Origin: Candidatus Woesearchaeota archaeon
GTDB taxonomy: Archaea > Nanobdellota > Nanobdellia > Woesearchaeales > UBA9642
Assembly (NCBI GenBank): GCA_038895475.1
Contig: JAWANI010000001.1
Span: forward strand, 52,387-116,386
Reading direction: 5' to 3'
DNA: 64,000 nt
The notes below the pieces were generated by a model. The model was not told the DNA's origin. It was given only the letters and a program-made list of their open reading frames with translations, and searched no databases. This document shows positions 59,908 through 64,000 of this stretch, piece after piece; the stretch's first letter is position 1; each line of letters begins with the position of its first letter. A program made the position numbers and the translations under genes.

Positions 59908-60993
59908 ATGAAATCTAAAAAAGACCCGGTCTCTGAAGACACATTTTGTGAAGAATGCGGTAGTGAATTAAATATTGATACTTTTTTAGAAAGTAAATCA
60001 GGTATTGTTGAAAAAAATGTTCATGAATTAGAAAAAATTCCTAGATCAATTGATGTTAAAAAAAAATTTGAAGAACATTACAGGGAATTGTTGAAAGAAG
60101 ATTATGATAAGTTTATGAATTATTCTTTATCTTACATAAGAAAATGTATAAGGGTTAATACTTTAAAAATAAATATAGAAGATATAAAAAAAAGATTGGA
60201 AGATAAATGGGTTCTTGAACAAATACCTTGGTGCAAAGAAGGATTTTGGATTAAATATAGGGATGGAAAAAGATTTGATTTAGGAAATTTGATAGAACAT
60301 CATTTAGGATATATTTATGTACAGGAAGCTGCTTCAATGATACCTCCGGTAATTCTTAATCCTGAACCTGGAGAATTGGTTCTTGATATGTGTGCAGCCC
60401 CTGGTTCTAAGACAAGCCAGATGGCAATGTATATGGAAAATAAAGGATTAATAGTTGCAAACGACGTTTCCGGAATGAGAATTAAGGCATTAGGAATGAA
60501 TCTTCAGAGGTGTGGTGTAAGAAACACAATTATTACATTAATGCAGGACAATAAATTCAAAAAACTGGTAGATTCAGGTTTTAGATTTGATAAAATATTG
60601 GTTGATGCGCCCTGTTCTGGTACAGGCACAATAAGAAAAAGTTTAAGAACCATAAAAGAATGGAATCCTTCAGTTATAACCAAATTAAGCAGAATACAAA
60701 AAAATCTTATAACAGAGGCATTTCAGTTGCTTAAATCCGGAGGAATGATGGTTTATAGTACATGCACAATAGAGCCAGAGGAGAATGAAGCAGTTGTAAG
60801 TTATTTGGTAGATAATTATAATGATGCAGTTTTATTGGATATAAATACAGATGTGTTAGGTATAAAAAGGACATATCCAATAACTTCTTTCAAAGACCTA
60901 AAAATAAATCCCGGAGTAAAAAAATGTTTAAGAATACATCCTTATGATAATGATACTGAAGGTTTTTTTATTGCAAAAATAAAGAAATTGTAG
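59908..60993 (+). CDS. RsmB/NOL1/NOP2 RNA m5C methyltransferase
   Basis: YVQEAASM, DMCAAPGSKT, DAPCSGTG, YSTCT, GFFIAK. Confidence 0.95.
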   Translation: MKSKKDPVSEDTFCEECGSELNIDTFLESKSGIVEKNVHELEKIPRSIDVKKKFEEHYRELLKEDYDKFMNYSLSYIRKCIRVNTLKINIEDIKKRLEDKWVLEQIPWCKEGFWIKYRDGKRFDLGNLIEHHLGYIYVQEAASMIPPVILNPEPGELVLDMCAAPGSKTSQMAMYMENKGLIVANDVSGMRIKALGMNLQRCGVRNTIITLMQDNKFKKLVDSGFRFDKILVDAPCSGTGTIRKSLRTIKEWNPSVITKLSRIQKNLITEAFQLLKSGGMMVYSTCTIEPEENEAVVSYLVDNYNDAVLLDINTDVLGIKRTYPITSFKDLKINPGVKKCLRIHPYDNDTEGFFIAKIKKL

Positions 60994-61004
60994 ATATGAT
61001 TTGA

Positions 61005-61580
61005 TTAAAAGCTTTCTTTTATTTTACTAAAAAATGTATTCATTTTTTTCCTTCCTTTTGAAAATTTTTCATTGGCAATATCTATAATAAATTTAATATA
61101 TTCTTCATTAACTAAAAGTTTGCTTTCATATGCTATTGGCACATCAATCTTTTCTGTACTGCATATCTCAACAATTAATATATTAGAATCAGCTATTATT
61201 CCGCTTCTTCTAAAACCACTATCACGTGCAATTTTCAATAATTTATTTGCATCATCTATAGCTCTGCAAGCCACATGCAATATCATGTTTTCTTGTCTAA
61301 ACCAGACCCTTTCTTTTGGCAGTTTATTTAAATTATGCATTATTTCTTTAAAGTTTACAGGTTCGTGACTTACAAAAATCCATTTTACATCAGGTTTTTT
61401 ATCTGCTTCTGTTAACAAATAAATCCTTCCACTGCATGAACTTGTAGTATAATAATTTTTAAGAGAATTAATATATTCTATTAATGGAATTATCTGTTCA
61501 TCAACATTTCCCTTTCTAGATTTATCTGGCTTGTAAAGTTTTTCTAAACATAGTTTTTTTTGCAAGTCAAAATCATACAT
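61005..61580 (-). CDS. taw3: tRNA wybutosine-pathway methyltransferase Taw3/TYW3
   Basis: DKSRKGNVDEQI, YTTSSCSGRI, ILHVAC, GFRRSG. Confidence 0.92.
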   Translation of the reverse strand: MYDFDLQKKLCLEKLYKPDKSRKGNVDEQIIPLIEYINSLKNYYTTSSCSGRIYLLTEADKKPDVKWIFVSHEPVNFKEIMHNLNKLPKERVWFRQENMILHVACRAIDDANKLLKIARDSGFRRSGIIADSNILIVEICSTEKIDVPIAYESKLLVNEEYIKFIIDIANEKFSKGRKKMNTFFSKIKESF

Positions 61581-61617
61581 AATAAAAGAAGTTATGTTTT
61601 ATTTTTAGATTTTTCTA

Positions 61618-62472
61618 TTATTTTTTTTCAATAAAACTTTTCATATCCATTACAAATGAATATGCTTCCTTATAATAAACATCATATTGGTCTCCAGAAA
61701 CATGTAATAATTCTCCGTGCATTATGCTTTTTCCAAGGGCATAAAAATTTCTCATAGTATATGCATGTTTTTTGTGTAGTAAGCCTTTTTTTACTAATTT
61801 TTCTTCAAGCATATCTGCTACATGTGCAGGGCTTGGGGGTATTTCATTGATACTCATTAATGCTGCATGTGCTGCATCAATAACTGCCCAGTATAAATCA
61901 AGAGTTGCCTGAAGAATGTGCTGTTTTGAATTTTGCAATGTTTGAGGTGCCAGTGAAAGATAGTTTTGTATACTTTCAGGACTTGGTCTTATTCTGCCTT
62001 GATAAAGAAGTATTTGCAATGGTTCAAAAAAACCTGAATCAATTATAGGTATTCCGTCCCTTAAAATATTTATTGCTATAGGATCCCCCGCTCTTATATA
62101 CTCCCAAAAATTAGTAAATCTTAAAGAAGTGACATGTAATTTTTTAGATATTTTGGCAACTATTTTTTCTAGAATTATCCTGTAAGTTTGTACGAGTTCA
62201 GGACTGAATTCAATTCTTACATCATCAACTATTATCAAAACATCTATATCATTAATTTTTTGGTTGGGCGTAAGCTTTTTATTGTCTATTTTTTGTTCTT
62301 CTATTTTTTTTCTTGCTGTGCTTCCAAACAGTATTATTGCTCTTATCAAATCCTTAAATTCTTTCCTGCATTCCTTTGCAAATTCTATTACAATATCAAT
62401 TTCATGTTGTTCGTATTTTGATTCATTTGTTAAGCTTATTTTTTTATTGATTTTAAACTCCAAAACACCCAC
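61618..62472 (-). CDS. Fused minimal nucleotidyltransferase (MNT)-HEPN-like protein
   Basis: LFGSTAR...DIDVLIIVDD MNT motif; helical C-terminus LYWAVIDAAHAAL...IMHG. Confidence 0.75.
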   Translation of the reverse strand: MGVLEFKINKKISLTNESKYEQHEIDIVIEFAKECRKEFKDLIRAIILFGSTARKKIEEQKIDNKKLTPNQKINDIDVLIIVDDVRIEFSPELVQTYRIILEKIVAKISKKLHVTSLRFTNFWEYIRAGDPIAINILRDGIPIIDSGFFEPLQILLYQGRIRPSPESIQNYLSLAPQTLQNSKQHILQATLDLYWAVIDAAHAALMSINEIPPSPAHVADMLEEKLVKKGLLHKKHAYTMRNFYALGKSIMHGELLHVSGDQYDVYYKEAYSFVMDMKSFIEKK

Positions 62473-62654
62473 CCCTTTTTATGATACTTTTTGTGATATC
62501 GTAATTTCAAAACATTAATACTAATTTCATTAATTATAATAATCATAACATTATTTAAATAAAATCACAATATTAATTTAATTAAACTTTGGGAGTATAT
62601 TAAACTTAATAACTATTTAATAGTGGTTTAAAAGTTTGAATGAGTAATAAAATC

Positions 62655-63998
62655 TTATTCTAGCGGAACCTCGCTCCATAATTTCCATTCATTACTTGGT
62701 GCATATGCACCAACAATATAATTTGCAGGTGCAGCATAACCAAAGTGCCCCTGTCTTAAGTTTGAAAAATTAAACCTTCTGCCACGTGTACTTAAAGCAT
62801 GTATAGGGCTTCCGAATTCTGCCAAAGTATCATGTAATGCATAAGGATTATCTGAACCTCTTTCAACTATAAAATCTTTTATGCCGGCTTTTTCCATTCT
62901 TTTTATAAATTCTTTCATGGGCACATTACCTTGTCCGGGTGTTAAATGTTCATCATCATAACCAAAATTGTCTGTTAAATGAACATGTCCTATAATTCCT
63001 TCTTTTGCCAATTTTTCAACTTCATCCAAATACCATTTTTCAAATCTTTTCTCAGCTTTCTCAGGATCCTCACCCGGTTTTGCCTGCCAATATTTTCTCC
63101 ATTGATTAAAATGACCTGTATCTATAGTCGCTTTTATATGTGTTTTTGCTTTTTCCATGGCCTCTTCTTTTGAATATCCTTTTTGCATCAACATTTTAGC
63201 CATTTCTTCACGGGATTTTTGTATAAGCGTTCTTATTTCATCAGGATGACTGCCATACATTTGGGGAAGCCAGCTCTCCGGAGCAACATATATTGGTTCT
63301 TGAATATTTTTTTTGTTTTTTTCAGAATAATACATTGCATTAATAGCTGCCTGTGCAATAGTTTCTGTACTTTTATTTAATCCATAATCTTCTAATGTTG
63401 TTATTCTGTTCATTCTTTCCAAGGCTTGTTGTGCTCTAGCATCATAAGATGATGAGGCTTCATGAATATGTCTCATTTGATTTGTTAAATCTTTTATTTG
63501 TTCCTTTATTATTTCAGAAGGCATTTTTTCTTCTCTTGTTGAATATTTTGCTCCAAGTTCTCTGGTTACTCCTTTAGGAATATATTCTAATAATTTCCAT
63601 CTTTCCTCAGGCGGTGTTGATTTTTCTAATTTTTCTACAAACTTAAGATTTTCCATTAGTGCATCTCTTTCCTTTTTTAATTCTTCATACCTTTGAGCAT
63701 GATATAATGATGCACCCTTAGCTTCAAGAACAGAATTGGCAATCTGACTTTTCATAAAAAGAACTTCTGGAGTTATATTTATTCCTCTTTTTTTAAGTTC
63801 TTCAGACTCTCTTACATAATCCTCAAACTTTTTCTCTTCTACATAAAAATTTGTTTTTTCCTTATTCCATTTAGGAACTCTGTCGAATAATCTTTCAGTA
63901 TTTTTAGGATCAAGCAACCATTCTTTTTTTATTGCATTACCATCAATATCTACCCAGTCATTTTTTTCAACAATAAAACCATACTTGTCTTTTTTACC
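62655..63998 (-). CDS. Large xylose-isomerase/AP-endonuclease-2-like TIM-barrel protein with coiled-coil insertions (5' truncated by window edge)
   Basis: APES, TIDTGH, HVHLTDNFGYDDEHL, PGQGNVP, IVE metal-binding motifs; frame open to window end. Confidence 0.8.
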   Translation of the reverse strand, partial: GKKDKYGFIVEKNDWVDIDGNAIKKEWLLDPKNTERLFDRVPKWNKEKTNFYVEEKKFEDYVRESEELKKRGINITPEVLFMKSQIANSVLEAKGASLYHAQRYEELKKERDALMENLKFVEKLEKSTPPEERWKLLEYIPKGVTRELGAKYSTREEKMPSEIIKEQIKDLTNQMRHIHEASSSYDARAQQALERMNRITTLEDYGLNKSTETIAQAAINAMYYSEKNKKNIQEPIYVAPESWLPQMYGSHPDEIRTLIQKSREEMAKMLMQKGYSKEEAMEKAKTHIKATIDTGHFNQWRKYWQAKPGEDPEKAEKRFEKWYLDEVEKLAKEGIIGHVHLTDNFGYDDEHLTPGQGNVPMKEFIKRMEKAGIKDFIVERGSDNPYALHDTLAEFGSPIHALSTRGRRFNFSNLRQGHFGYAAPANYIVGAYAPSNEWKLWSEVPLE

Positions 63999-64000
63999 CA

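Noticed and set aside
1..64000. Provirus, transposase, rRNA or alternative genetic code
   Set aside because: No integrase, capsid, terminase, transposase or rRNA-like sequence recognised; conserved genes end normally at TAA, TAG or TGA

Overview
AT-rich archaeal chromosomal segment, most consistent with a DPANN (Woesearchaeota-like) genome. Evidence: archaeal L1-L10-L12, L7Ae-S28e-L24e-ndk, EF-2/EF-1alpha/S10, proteasome beta + aCPSF1, Dph5, Taw3, TTTATA boxes, GGAGG/GGTGA SD motifs and BHB-type tRNA introns. It also holds 4 tRNAs (3 with short canonical introns), grpE-dnaK-dnaJ, a type IV pilus locus with a distant prepilin peptidase, two P-type ATPases, a pentameric ligand-gated channel, and five small ORFs missed by the ORF track. 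The most striking candidate system (23.3-25.6 kb) is a winged-helix protein whose body reads like a catalytically stripped class III ribonucleotide reductase (NrdD) barrel. It is followed by a thymidylate synthase homologue whose nucleophilic Cys is Ser. The pair is divergent from an Lrp gene across an operator-like repeat array, and may be a nucleotide-pool-sensing regulator built from dead enzymes. Other highlights: a tandem HIT pair lacking the catalytic His, an attC-like structured element, a lytic transglycosylase fragment and a k-turn in the L7Ae leader. All family calls come from by-eye motif recognition; no database searches were run.
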